Source of the DNA: a virus
DNA length: 64,000 nt
IMG/VR virus record: IMGVR_UViG_3300012931_000015
Coordinates: 32,001-96,000 of that record
Direction: 5' to 3' (one strand)
The notes beneath the pieces were generated by a model. It was not told the DNA's origin. It did no database searches and saw only the letters and a list, made by a program, of their open reading frames with translations. A program made the translations under genes and the position numbers. Shown here piece by piece: positions 9,315-19,856 of this stretch. The first letter of the stretch is position 1, and every line of letters begins with the position of its first letter.

Positions 9315-10874
9315 ATGGAAAAGAATTTAATAATAAAAGAATTTATACAAAAAGCAAAAGAAATACATGGTGATAAGTATGACTATTCTAAAGTTGAATA
9401 TGTAAATTCTAAAAGAAAAGTTTGTATAATTTGTTCAGAACACAGTGAGTTTTGGAAAACACCTTCTCATCATATTAATGGAAAACAAGGGTGCTTTGAA
9501 TGTAGCAAAGTAATAAGAGGAAAGAAAAAAAGATTAAAAATAGAAAAAGTACAGGAAATTGGATTAAAAAAAGATTTAATTTTGTTATCCAAAGAATATA
9601 AAAATTCTGATTATAAATTAAAATGGAAATGTAAAAATTGTGATTATGAGTTCATAATGTCTTTAAGAAGTATTAAAAAGAAACAAAAGTGCTGTAAATG
9701 TTCATTAATTAACATAATAAATACATTCATAATGAATATAAATAAAAATAATAATAATAATATTACTGTTTTAATAATAAATAAATATTCTAATAATTTT
9801 GAGAATTTAAATTGTAAATGTAATATTTGTAATTATGAATTTAAAAGAACTTTTAGAGATTTAAAGAAAAATAAGAAATGTCCTGTTTGTTCAAGAGGTG
9901 TTAGTGAAGAAATTTGCAGATACTACTTTGAACAAATATTTAATAAAAAATTTATTAAAGTTAGACCTGATTGGTTGAAAAATTCCAGAAATAAACAAAT
10001 GGAACTTGATGGACTTTGTAATAATGTTGCTTTTGAACATCAAGGGGTTCAGCATTATGAACATATAAAATATTTTCAGAGGAATAAAGAAAATTTTGAA
10101 CAAAGAATAAAAGATGATATGTTAAAAAAAGAACTGTGTGAGAAAAATAATATAAAATTAATAGTTATTCCAGATATTAATTCAAAATTAAAATTAGAAA
10201 ATTTAAAAAATTTCATAATCGAAGAATGTAAAAAACAAAATATCGAGTTACCAGAAAATATTGAAAAAATTGAAATTGATATGAATAATTTTAAACATTC
10301 AAGATGTAAAAAAGAATTAGAAAAAATACAGGAAATAGCAGAATCTAAAAATGGAAAGTGTTTATCAGAAGTTTATTATGGTAGCAATAATAAACTTTTA
10401 TTTGAGTGTAAGAACGACCATCAATGGAAAGCTACTCCTACACACATTAAGAGGGGAGTGTGGTGCCCAGTATGTGCAAACAATAAAAGTGGGGAAAGTC
10501 AAAGACTTACGATAGAAGATATGCAAAAATTAGCAGAAGAAAAAGGCGGAAAATGTTTATCAGAAAAATATATTAATACTACAACAAAATTAAGATGGCA
10601 ATGTTCAAAAGGACATATTTGGAATGCCCAACCCAATAATGTTAAAACAGGTAATTGGTGTCCTTATTGTGCTGGAAAATATAAAACAATTACAGATATG
10701 CAAAAACTTGCAAGCACAAAAGGAGGAAACTGTTTGAGTGAACATTACATTACTGCTAAAACAAAACTTTTGTGGGAATGTGAAAAAGGTCATCAATGGA
10801 TGGCTTTTCCTGATTCAATTACTAGAGGAACATGGTGTTTTAAATGTTCTAATAAATCTAAAAATAATTTGTGA
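9315..10874 (+). mobile_element. Free-standing homing endonuclease: PD-(D/E)xK-like core with repeated Zn-ribbon domains
   Basis: HGDKYDYSKVEY N-terminus, ELDG..AFEHQGVQHY core and three GKCLSE..W.C..GH.W..WCP.C repeats; inserted antisense in the tail operon. Confidence 0.7.
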
Positions 10875-10892
10875 ATTAGTTTAAATAATAAT

Positions 10893-11741
10893 TTACAATA
10901 AAATTTGTAAATTTCCCCCATTTATATCTACCATTCCAGCTTTCATTTCTACCTCATTACTATTAAGACAAGTATGTTTAATTCCAGAAGATGTGTATTC
11001 TGATTTATTTCCATTCTTATCTTCTAACACCATACCTTGATCGTCAGTTGTTATTTTATTAGCATTTTTATCTTCAAAAGCTGTTCCGGTGTCTGTCCAA
11101 TCTGTTTTATTCCCGTTGCCATCCTCAAGGTGTATATTTTTATCTTCTGTATAAAAATTTAAACCATCTTTTTTAGTAATATAGATGTTCTTTTCCGCAT
11201 GAGCTTCTAAATTATCAACTGAATATGCTCCAATTCCACCATTTTTATCTATTATACAGTAACTTCCCGTAGGAGAATATATTGAATATATAGGTTTATC
11301 ACTGTTTGTACTATATGAAACACAGATACCACTTTCATAAAAAAAACTTACACATTCTGGATAAGATAAGTCTGGCTTTTCTATATTTTCTAATTCTCCC
11401 AGTTTGTCCTGCACATCAGAAAAGTATTTATTCGCTAAATTTGCTGTATTTTGTTCAGCGTTGAAAACATAATAATATCTGTTCATTATCCAAGTTATCC
11501 ATACAAAACTATCTACTAGAGGTACACTATTATTTCCGCTATTTTCTGCTGAGCCGAAGAATTGATTTAAAGGGTATGCAAAAGGCAAATGATCGGAAGT
11601 CCAACTGTCCATCAGGGGTGATATTTTAAATTGAATAGCGTTTGCTTTCTCGCTTTCATCTTTGTCTGTTTTAATTACTTTGGCATAGTAAAATTTTATT
11701 GTTTGACCAAAATCTGGATTTATAAAATTATTTTCTAACAA
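10893..11741 (-). CDS. Baseplate spike (gp5/GpV-like: OB fold plus beta-helix)
   Basis: N-terminal YYAKV...LPFAYP...VPLVDSFVWI and C-terminal EDKNGNK repeats. Confidence 0.7.
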   Translation of the reverse strand: MLENNFINPDFGQTIKFYYAKVIKTDKDESEKANAIQFKISPLMDSWTSDHLPFAYPLNQFFGSAENSGNNSVPLVDSFVWITWIMNRYYYVFNAEQNTANLANKYFSDVQDKLGELENIEKPDLSYPECVSFFYESGICVSYSTNSDKPIYSIYSPTGSYCIIDKNGGIGAYSVDNLEAHAEKNIYITKKDGLNFYTEDKNIHLEDGNGNKTDWTDTGTAFEDKNANKITTDDQGMVLEDKNGNKSEYTSSGIKHTCLNSNEVEMKAGMVDINGGNLQILL

Positions 11742-11742
11742 T

Positions 11743-12594
11743 TTAATTCTCCAATTTTATATGTTTCCATGTTTTTCCCCAACTAATACAATTAATTGTT
11801 GCTTTGGAAACATTAAATTTATTTGCTATTTTTTGTCTTGATGTGGGTATAGATAATAATTTTTTTATTTCTATAACTTCTTGTGTTGTTAATTTTGAAA
11901 AATTATTTTTTTCACCAATATTCATTTTATTAAATTCACTTAATTTATTGTTTTTAAAATTCTTAGCTTTTAAATTATTACTTATTTTTAATTTTTGTTG
12001 TTCTGTTTTTGGTTTATTTTTTAAATAAAAAGTTGCTGTTCTAATTTTAATATTATTATGATTTAAAATATATTTTATTGTTTTTCTTGACACATTTAAT
12101 ATTTTTTTTATTTTATCTAAGGACATTTTATTTTCATACAACTCTATTACTTTTGGTGTTTGAAAAAAAATTTTTTTGCTATATTTTTCTTGTAAAGTTT
12201 TTTTTATTTTTTCTCGTATGATAGGATTTTTTAAAGTTCCCTTTATTTTAGCTTTTTTACTTATTATTTTTTTTTGTTCTTCCGTTAATTCAGGTCTACG
12301 TGCATCAAAAGACACATTATATAATTTTTTTCTATTATTTTTATATTTATCCAAATAAAATTGTTCAATTATTAGTAAATTTTCTTCTTTACAAGTTTTT
12401 ATAATTTCAAATTTAAAATTTTCTTTTCCATATTTTTTCCAAGCATTTTGTAAATAACTATTTTTATGAACTTTATTATTTAATTCAGTTTTGTGATTAT
12501 TCCATCTTTGACTTATATTTTTAGAACTTCCAATATATTTTATATGCGTTATAATATTTTGTATTTGGTATATTCCACATAATTTTTTTTTCAC
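11743..12594 (-). mobile_element. GIY-YIG homing endonuclease
   Basis: GIYQIQN...KYIGSS...R...H...LQNAWKKYG...EQFY...YN, with a C-terminal HTH. Confidence 0.85.
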
Positions 12595-12616
12595 TATCCA
12601 TCACCTTTTTATATTT

Positions 12617-12952
12617 TTAAGCTTGAGTTTTTTTATTTAAAGTTATGAAGTTTTTTAAAGTATCAACATTTGGTATTTTTATTTTTGTTAGGGTTTCAGT
12701 ATTTAGAATATCACCTATGTTATTTATTAAAAACAAAATGTCTTGATAAATTACTGTACCATATATTTTATAACTTAGTAAATCAGGTCTTTTTATATCT
12801 TCATCACTTAATGAATATTCTAGTTCATGTCCTGTAAAATTAAACTTAGACCAATCGATAGAAAGTGGGTCATATAAATCAAACATGTTTAAATCGGTTG
12901 GTATATTTTCTTTTATAACTTTATTCATTAAAGAATATCGTATATCGCTCAT
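12617..12952 (-). CDS. Baseplate wedge gp53/LysM-like protein
   Basis: RPDLLSYKIYG...ILFLINNI...IKIP motif. Confidence 0.7.
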   Translation of the reverse strand: MSDIRYSLMNKVIKENIPTDLNMFDLYDPLSIDWSKFNFTGHELEYSLSDEDIKRPDLLSYKIYGTVIYQDILFLINNIGDILNTETLTKIKIPNVDTLKNFITLNKKTQA

Positions 12953-12967
12953 AACTTTAATCCTTTT

Positions 12968-13762
12968 TTATTGTATTGTGTTTGTTGCTTGAGAATTAGC
13001 TATTGCTTGACTTTGAGCATCATCAGCGAGCCCTGTTAAATGGTCAACTGTGCAAGTGCGAAGTGCCTTGAACTCACAGGTAAGTTCTGACCACAAAGGA
13101 TAACCAGATTCAGTTAAGTCTTTACTAAATGTAGGTTCTGCTTTAACTAAAACAACTTGAGTTAAATATAACCAACCACCTATTAGTATTGATACAAGTC
13201 TGTCCTCAGAACTTGAACTTACAGTCGTTCCGGCTAAATTTACTTTATCTGTATTCATACTATTAGATTTTGAAAGTAATGCCAAAATATTTGGGCCGGG
13301 AGTTTTTAATATTTTATTTCTATTTTCTTCAGGAACTGTATATGCGAATAAAGCAATAGTTGGTAAAAATACATCATTTCTAGGATTCATATCTGTATCA
13401 AAATGTAATGTTAAGCCAAACGACAAAGGATCAGTGCTTTTCCATGTTTCCATTTGCATATATTTTGCAACACCACCTAAAGCCTGACCAAAAACAGCAC
13501 TTGTAGCACCACTAAGGGTCTCTAGTGCGCTTCCGATAGGAGACATTTCTATTAAAGATTGAAATGTTGTGTTAGCCAGTAAATTAACATTTTCTCTTAA
13601 ATGAGTTTGAATTAAATTACTTCCAGTTGTATTACTTACAGTTCTTCCCCCAGCTAATTCTGTTGAACTTGCTTTATTCCACCAGTAATCAGAAGCTAGA
13701 AACTTTATCATAACTCTATTTCTCCAAGCATAAGGAGAAGGTGTAAATTGTCTTATTGCCAC
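12968..13762 (-). CDS. Tail tube initiator / baseplate hub-like protein
   Basis: 'WKSTDPLSFGLTLHF...IGGWLYL..V...PTFS...SGYPLW' pattern; lies between tape measure and wedge genes. Confidence 0.5.
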   Translation of the reverse strand: MAIRQFTPSPYAWRNRVMIKFLASDYWWNKASSTELAGGRTVSNTTGSNLIQTHLRENVNLLANTTFQSLIEMSPIGSALETLSGATSAVFGQALGGVAKYMQMETWKSTDPLSFGLTLHFDTDMNPRNDVFLPTIALFAYTVPEENRNKILKTPGPNILALLSKSNSMNTDKVNLAGTTVSSSSEDRLVSILIGGWLYLTQVVLVKAEPTFSKDLTESGYPLWSELTCEFKALRTCTVDHLTGLADDAQSQAIANSQATNTIQ

Positions 13763-13776
13763 TTTTTTATTTTCCT

Positions 13777-15747
13777 TTAAAAATCAAAAGCTGTTTTACC
13801 ACTGTAAATATCTTCTTGAACTTTTCCTAATTTATCTTGTTGTATTCTTTGCTGTATTCCTAATTGTTTTACAATATCTAAAACTTCTTCAGGAGTTACT
13901 TTATTATCTTTATTTGCAATTTTTATTTTTTCATCAAATTGTTTTTGATCTTCTTTTGATATTTGATTTTTTACAGAACTTATTTCTTTTGAAGTTAATG
14001 CTTTATCCGATTCCATTTTTGCTATATTTGATAAATCTATTTTTTCACCATAAGATATTTGGGCTGTTTGTGCTGATATTTGTTGTCCTACTTTTCCGGT
14101 TGCAACATCAGTTAAGACTCCAGAAAATCCTCTATTCTTTACATAACTAAAAAATCCACCGATAGTGTACATTAAATTAAAAAATCCATATTTTAACATA
14201 TCAAAGAAATCAAAAATTATTTTAACAACCCCACCCGATTTAAACCAAGTTATAAGTTTTTTAAATGTAGTAGAGATAGCATTAAACAATTCTTTTATAT
14301 ATTTATCAGGGTGTTCCCCTATATCTAATAATTTATTTCCAATACCTGTTACAGCATTTGATATACTGTCTTTTGCTTTTGTTAGAGCATTAGTTAATCC
14401 TTTAGGCAAAGTTACATTAAACATTTTTAATATACCCTTAATTATTGCGGTATAAATAGGTATAGTTATTTTGCTCAAAAAAAGTTTTGGCAAATCAAGA
14501 AAAATAGTTTTTATTGCTGTAAAAAGATATTTTATATACGAAGAAAGCATACCCTTTAAACTATCTACAATTAATTTTTTATCAAATGTTAAAATACCTT
14601 TTAATAAGCCAAGAGCATTTTTAATATAATCTAAAACAGGTGTTAGAATTTTAAATAAAATATTTATCAATGGCAAAATAACATTTTTTAATAAATATAC
14701 AACCATAGGTAAAAGAATTTTTAGTATTTCACTTACAATTGGTATAATTGCACCTATAATGTTTAATAATGGAGGTATTGCTGTTCTTAATAAATCAACA
14801 ATTACAGGGATTAAATCAACTAAGGTATTTGCTAATAATGTAAAAATATCACCTACAACTTTCATTAAAGGTTCAAATATTTTTATTTCTTTTCCAAATA
14901 TTGTTGAAAGAATAGAGTCCATAGATTTACCAATAGTCAAGAGAATATTTGGTATTTCTTTAATAAGAATATCAACAATAGTTTTTATAGCACTCATTAA
15001 AACAGGTAATAATTCTTTTACAACTCTTGTAAATAATTGTGTAGCAGTTAGTAATATTTGCGGTAATTGTTTTATGAAATTTGTTAACATACCAACAATA
15101 ACAGGTAATAAAGATTTAATACCTTCTATTATTGTGGTTATAAGTGTTCCATTAGGATCAAAAAAAGCTAATAATCCGAAAATTATTAATGTCCATAATG
15201 ACATCATACCAAAAAATTTTAATCCTTCTGCAATATATTTTCCAAAGTTTTTTGATAAATCTTTAAAGAATTTTACACCAAGAGTTTTCATACCAACATT
15301 CCAAACTTCTTTAGCTTTTTTACCCGTGTCATCTGGTATAAGTCCTCTAATACCTGCTCGTAATACATTCCATAATGTTAGTTCTTTCTTTTTTTCACCA
15401 TCATTTTCTTTATTTCTTTCCGCTTCTTCTAACCATAATTCTTTTACTTCTTTCCATTCACTATTTGAAATAGCAGATTCTTTGATTTTATCAACCCATT
15501 CCGAAGCTGTATCTAAAGATATTTTTTGATTATCAACTAAAACTTTAATTTGTTTTGTTACTTCTTTATTATTTTTACCAAGCATTGCATATAATTTTTC
15601 TAGTTGTGCTTCAGTTTTATCATCTTTTGAATTAACTAAAAATCGTTTGTCTTTTTCTTCTTTTTGTCTGCTTTTTATTTCTTTTTCAAGATCGGAAAGA
15701 GTATCCATAAAATTATCTGAATTACCGAGACCTTTAAATGATGCCAT
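13777..15747 (-). CDS. Tape measure protein
   Basis: 656 aa with long amphipathic and hydrophobic helical repeats (LLP.I..L...I) in the tail module. Confidence 0.7.
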   Translation of the reverse strand: MASFKGLGNSDNFMDTLSDLEKEIKSRQKEEKDKRFLVNSKDDKTEAQLEKLYAMLGKNNKEVTKQIKVLVDNQKISLDTASEWVDKIKESAISNSEWKEVKELWLEEAERNKENDGEKKKELTLWNVLRAGIRGLIPDDTGKKAKEVWNVGMKTLGVKFFKDLSKNFGKYIAEGLKFFGMMSLWTLIIFGLLAFFDPNGTLITTIIEGIKSLLPVIVGMLTNFIKQLPQILLTATQLFTRVVKELLPVLMSAIKTIVDILIKEIPNILLTIGKSMDSILSTIFGKEIKIFEPLMKVVGDIFTLLANTLVDLIPVIVDLLRTAIPPLLNIIGAIIPIVSEILKILLPMVVYLLKNVILPLINILFKILTPVLDYIKNALGLLKGILTFDKKLIVDSLKGMLSSYIKYLFTAIKTIFLDLPKLFLSKITIPIYTAIIKGILKMFNVTLPKGLTNALTKAKDSISNAVTGIGNKLLDIGEHPDKYIKELFNAISTTFKKLITWFKSGGVVKIIFDFFDMLKYGFFNLMYTIGGFFSYVKNRGFSGVLTDVATGKVGQQISAQTAQISYGEKIDLSNIAKMESDKALTSKEISSVKNQISKEDQKQFDEKIKIANKDNKVTPEEVLDIVKQLGIQQRIQQDKLGKVQEDIYSGKTAFDF

Positions 15748-15927
15748 AGTTTATGTTAATTATCCCTTTTTAAAAATATTATACTCTTTATTAGTATTTA
15801 AAAACATCAAAAGATATTTATTGAATATTAAAATAAATGTAAATAAAAAGTAAATTTATTGATTTATAAAGAAAATTTTAGTATACTAATAAAAAGAGTC
15901 TAAATTAATTTTTTTAAGGAGGAAAAA

Positions 15928-16569
15928 ATGAAAAAATTATTTTTTATAATTGTTATCATGTTTATATTTGGATGTTCTATTCCAACAGAAACAAAAACTG
16001 AAACAATTATAAAAGAAGGAACTACTTGGTTAAAAGTAAGTGATGAAAAAGTTCAGATATTCCCTGCGAAAACAAGCGTTGCAAAAAATATAACTTTTGG
16101 TAGTAAATTATTTGCTACAAGTCCGGTAACAGTATCAACTGAAAAGCAGCTTTCGGATAGAGCATTAGGCATTGTGTATCTTGAAAATTGTTATTCAAGT
16201 TCAAAGTCTTGTCTTTGCGGTACTATATGTTATATGGATGTTGGAACAATTGTAGGGACAAAACAGAAAATGCTTGTTAATGTACTATTTGAAGTAACAC
16301 AGTATTCAGATAATGCTAATCCCATAACTGTTTATGTTAGAGCAAAAGGAGCTAAAGTTGCTTGGACAGTTTTAAGTCCTACCTTATCAACACCTGATGA
16401 TGCACTAGTATTAACCGATATTGATGGAATACTTGAATACTACATTGATGGAGGGGCTTATTATGATAACATAGACCCTGAATACGCAGAACCCGGAGTT
16501 CATAGATATGGGTATCAGACTATTGCAGGATATGCAGATGGATATAGTGTATTTTTAAGCATTAAGTAA
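15928..16569 (+). CDS. Lipoprotein (possible superinfection exclusion)
   Basis: MKKLFFIIVIMFIFG-C lipobox; AAGGAGG RBS; own promoter (TTGATT..TATACT) and terminator. Confidence 0.6.
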   Translation: MKKLFFIIVIMFIFGCSIPTETKTETIIKEGTTWLKVSDEKVQIFPAKTSVAKNITFGSKLFATSPVTVSTEKQLSDRALGIVYLENCYSSSKSCLCGTICYMDVGTIVGTKQKMLVNVLFEVTQYSDNANPITVYVRAKGAKVAWTVLSPTLSTPDDALVLTDIDGILEYYIDGGAYYDNIDPEYAEPGVHRYGYQTIAGYADGYSVFLSIK

Positions 16570-16593
16570 ATTAAAAATATGTACTAAAAATTT

Positions 16594-16623
16594 AAAGCAC
16601 ACTATATTTGGTGTGCTTTTTTT
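16594..16623 (+). terminator. Intrinsic terminator (probably bidirectional)
   Basis: AAAGCACACTA-TATT-TGGTGTGCTTT followed by a T run, between convergent genes. Confidence 0.8.
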
Positions 16624-16626
16624 GTT

Positions 16627-17166
16627 TTATAAATTGTAAGTTCTTTTATATTCTGCTGTAAAATTTGCTATTTGGTTTCTTATATCTTCATTTAAAATAT
16701 CTCTAATGTTAGAAAGTATAAATATTTTTGCAATTAATTCTCTGTTATTGAACATACCCGTGCTTCTTGCTACTTCAAATACTTGAGGAATGACATTATT
16801 TTTTTCATCAACTAAACAATGTACTAAAATATTATTTTCTTCAACTGTAAACGTTTCTTCTATTGGTACATATAATTCTATAGGTAAAATATCTTCAAGA
16901 AATATTGCGTTGTCTTCAATAAGATTTCCACTTTCATCTCTGTTTCTAAACAAAGTTACTCGGTTACCCGGATATATTATTCTTGCATTTATTGTTTTGG
17001 ATTCTTTTATTTCTGTGTCCTGATCTCCAAGCTTATTTCTTTCTGTTACTTTTAAAACTAGAGCATTTATTTCTACACCTTGTATTTTAATTTGATGGTC
17101 ATTTAATCGTCTAAGAGTAGGAGCAATGGCTTTTGTATAATTATCAATAAAAGAGTTTGAACTCAT
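16627..17166 (-). CDS. Putative neck/head-closure protein
   Basis: Size, beta-rich composition and position in the structural region. Confidence 0.35.
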   Translation of the reverse strand: MSSNSFIDNYTKAIAPTLRRLNDHQIKIQGVEINALVLKVTERNKLGDQDTEIKESKTINARIIYPGNRVTLFRNRDESGNLIEDNAIFLEDILPIELYVPIEETFTVEENNILVHCLVDEKNNVIPQVFEVARSTGMFNNRELIAKIFILSNIRDILNEDIRNQIANFTAEYKRTYNL

Positions 17167-17174
17167 AATTTCCT

Positions 17175-17936
17175 TTATTCTTCTTCTGCTTGAATTGCAG
17201 TTACATTAACATCATCGATTACAGGTAAATCAGTTGCATAGTCTTCTTCACTTTCCCAATTATCATAAGCACTTACAACTTCTAATTCAAAACTATCAAC
17301 CATATTTACATTTGGATCAAGAACTAAGTCCATATATCTAACTGTAAAGGCATGACTAACAGCATTTATTTTATTTGATTCTAGCCAACTAATATCTGAA
17401 TATTTGCTTATATCAGGTTTTTCAAATTCAACAAATATATTTAAGGGAGCTTTTTGTCTATTTATTTTTAAGTAATTATTTAATGATAATTTTATTTTTC
17501 TTTTGCTACGTTCTTTCTGGAATAATTTGCGAATGGTAAAAGTGTCCGAAATCCCCGAAACCCAACTTGTTGATTGAAATACAAGCATAGAAGGAATTAT
17601 CTTAATTTTCATTTGATAAAGCTCATCTATTAGACCTTGATTAAACCCAAAGCTGGAATATTTATCATTGCTATCTTCATCAATATCATACCATCTGAAA
17701 TTTGTAAAAGGTAGAATAGGATAAGATTTTCTGGTTGTTTGTACTCTTTTTCTAAAGGCTATATCATCAGAAGCATTAGGTAAAATTCTATAAAGCCCCG
17801 TTCCTTCTGATTGAGAGTTTATTTCTTTTTGATCTGCATATACAATACTATATAAATAGTTTGTTAGACACTCTACTATTGCATCAACAATCAGAGGATT
17901 ATACTTATAGGTTGTCTTATTAAAATAATCTGGCAT
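17175..17936 (-). CDS. Putative tail terminator/neck protein
   Basis: 'YPILPFTNF' motif and acidic tail; TACTAATA lies 4 nt before the ATG. Confidence 0.35.
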   Translation of the reverse strand: MPDYFNKTTYKYNPLIVDAIVECLTNYLYSIVYADQKEINSQSEGTGLYRILPNASDDIAFRKRVQTTRKSYPILPFTNFRWYDIDEDSNDKYSSFGFNQGLIDELYQMKIKIIPSMLVFQSTSWVSGISDTFTIRKLFQKERSKRKIKLSLNNYLKINRQKAPLNIFVEFEKPDISKYSDISWLESNKINAVSHAFTVRYMDLVLDPNVNMVDSFELEVVSAYDNWESEEDYATDLPVIDDVNVTAIQAEEE

Positions 17937-17971
17937 ACCTTATTAGTATTAAAAATTACCTTTTATACTCT

Positions 17972-18997
17972 TTATAATTTATCAACCCATTCATTTCCGT
18001 AAGTAGAGTTCATAAAAGGATTTATATTTGTCCATTTTTCGTTTATAAGTTCCCAGCATTCAAAATGTAAATGCCTTCCCAAAGCCCATTCACCCGTATT
18101 ACTTATTGAAGCTATGACTTGACCTTTTTTTACTTTATCCCCAACACTAACTTGAATATTATCAACATGTCTATATCTTACAAAAAAATATTTTGTTTCC
18201 CCATTTATTTTCATATTAAATTTTAATTCAACAGTATTTCCACCTTTAACATCAAAATAAGCTTTATGAATCTCTCCCTCATAAACAGCGTATACTTGAG
18301 CTTTTTCTGTATTATTAATATCACATGCAGTGTGTAATCCTTCAAATGGGTGGATACAACCAAATTCAAAATTTTTTGATGTTACATAACCTTTTAAAGC
18401 ATCAATTGGATAAATAGTATTTGGTATCCTTAAAATGTAGTTTTTAAGCCCGTGAGGTTTTATTTTATTCTCATAAAAAAATAAAGACAATAAATCTTCG
18501 GGTAATGAATTAATTTCACTTGGATTATCAAAGGCGTTATCTATTGCTTTTTTATAATTATAATCAATAGAAGGAAAACTATTTTTAATATATTTATATA
18601 ATATGTCTACTTTTTCCTTAACTAATGCAATTTCTACTTTTCTATTTTTAGTTTCATAGACTAATTTTTCTTTTGTATATTTTAATTCATAAAAATTTAC
18701 TATATAGCTTGTAAACATTATAAAATAATGAAAAACAAAAAATATTGTAAAAAAAGCCCAGAATACTATAAAATATCTTGTTGGTTTTTCTATACTTTTT
18801 AAATACTCTATTATATTTGTATTTATCTTTTCATAAGTATCATTGATTATTTCTACTATTTTTTTATACTTTTCTAAAATAAAAGGTTTAGTATTATAAA
18901 AAATAAATTTAGATTTTGTTTTTATCTCTAAAATTATTTTTTTTGTATATTTTTTTACTAAATATTTTGTAATTTCCCATATTATTCTTAATAACAT
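17972..18997 (-). CDS. M23 family peptidase with N-terminal TM
   Basis: HTACD (HxxxD), GGN.V, YRH, V.VGDKVKKGQVI and HLHFE (HxH). Confidence 0.85.
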   Translation of the reverse strand: MLLRIIWEITKYLVKKYTKKIILEIKTKSKFIFYNTKPFILEKYKKIVEIINDTYEKINTNIIEYLKSIEKPTRYFIVFWAFFTIFFVFHYFIMFTSYIVNFYELKYTKEKLVYETKNRKVEIALVKEKVDILYKYIKNSFPSIDYNYKKAIDNAFDNPSEINSLPEDLLSLFFYENKIKPHGLKNYILRIPNTIYPIDALKGYVTSKNFEFGCIHPFEGLHTACDINNTEKAQVYAVYEGEIHKAYFDVKGGNTVELKFNMKINGETKYFFVRYRHVDNIQVSVGDKVKKGQVIASISNTGEWALGRHLHFECWELINEKWTNINPFMNSTYGNEWVDKL

Positions 18998-19006
18998 TAT
19001 TCATCC

Positions 19007-19378
19007 TTAATATATTTTACATAAAATTGTCTGTAGCAATTCATAATTGCTGTTTATCTCACGAATACATTTATTACAATTTTCTTTTGTTGGTTCGAGA
19101 TGATTTTCTCTTACAGTATATACTAAAATTTTTATTGTGTTAAGATAGATTCTTTCTTTTTCAGCATTATTTTCTGTCCAATCATATCCGTCTCTTCCAC
19201 AACAATAGCGATGTATTAATATTTCTTCAGCCTGTATTTTGTTATCTTCTTTAAATAAATCTATATTATTATCTAGGCAATTATTATATCTAAGAAATAT
19301 ATTATATGTTTTATCATCTTCATTCAGAATACAAAACTTATTTTTCATAATAACGTTTCTACTTTTTATTATGTTCAA
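19007..19378 (-). CDS. Hypothetical protein
   Basis: ORF within the operon. Confidence 0.5.
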   Translation of the reverse strand: MNIIKSRNVIMKNKFCILNEDDKTYNIFLRYNNCLDNNIDLFKEDNKIQAEEILIHRYCCGRDGYDWTENNAEKERIYLNTIKILVYTVRENHLEPTKENCNKCIREINSNYELLQTILCKIY

Positions 19379-19386
19379 AATATCAG

Positions 19387-19800
19387 TTATACTTTATCCT
19401 TCATATTTTTTGGTAGTTTGAGTTTTATAATTTCAAGATTTATTTTTTTATAAGAAGAAACCCAAACAGGATATACTAACAAAGCTTGATTTTCTATATC
19501 AATATATACTTTTGCATATATGCTATAATTTCCTTTTTCAATTTTATCTTTAAGTTTTAAGTCATTTACTTCTAAATATATAATTTCTTGAATAGGAAAA
19601 ATATTTTTATATAAAAAAACTGTATTCCATACATAAAGAGATTTTTCTTCAACATAAAAAATATCTATGATGGTAAGTTTTGTTTCAAAAGTTTCTATAC
19701 TTTTTCTTGTATCATTTAGAATCTTATTACCGGAGATACAATTTGTTGAAACAAGTATCATAGAGTATAGCAAGATCAAAGCAATCAAAGATTTTTTCAT
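19387..19800 (-). CDS. Secreted/membrane hypothetical protein
   Basis: Signal-peptide-like N-terminus; AAGGA RBS. Confidence 0.5.
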   Translation of the reverse strand: MKKSLIALILLYSMILVSTNCISGNKILNDTRKSIETFETKLTIIDIFYVEEKSLYVWNTVFLYKNIFPIQEIIYLEVNDLKLKDKIEKGNYSIYAKVYIDIENQALLVYPVWVSSYKKINLEIIKLKLPKNMKDKV

Positions 19801-19856
19801 ATTTTATCCTTATTTTTATAAATTTTTCAAGCTCTCTTAATATTAGTAAAACTAAT

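Noticed and set aside
10320-10860. Tandem repeats of about 200 bp
   Set aside because: They are explained by the repeated Zn-ribbon domains of the endonuclease.
13914-15853. + strand ORFs of up to 256 aa opposite the tape measure gene, and similar antisense ORFs elsewhere
   Set aside because: These are shadow frames of real minus-strand genes, with no RBS or motifs.
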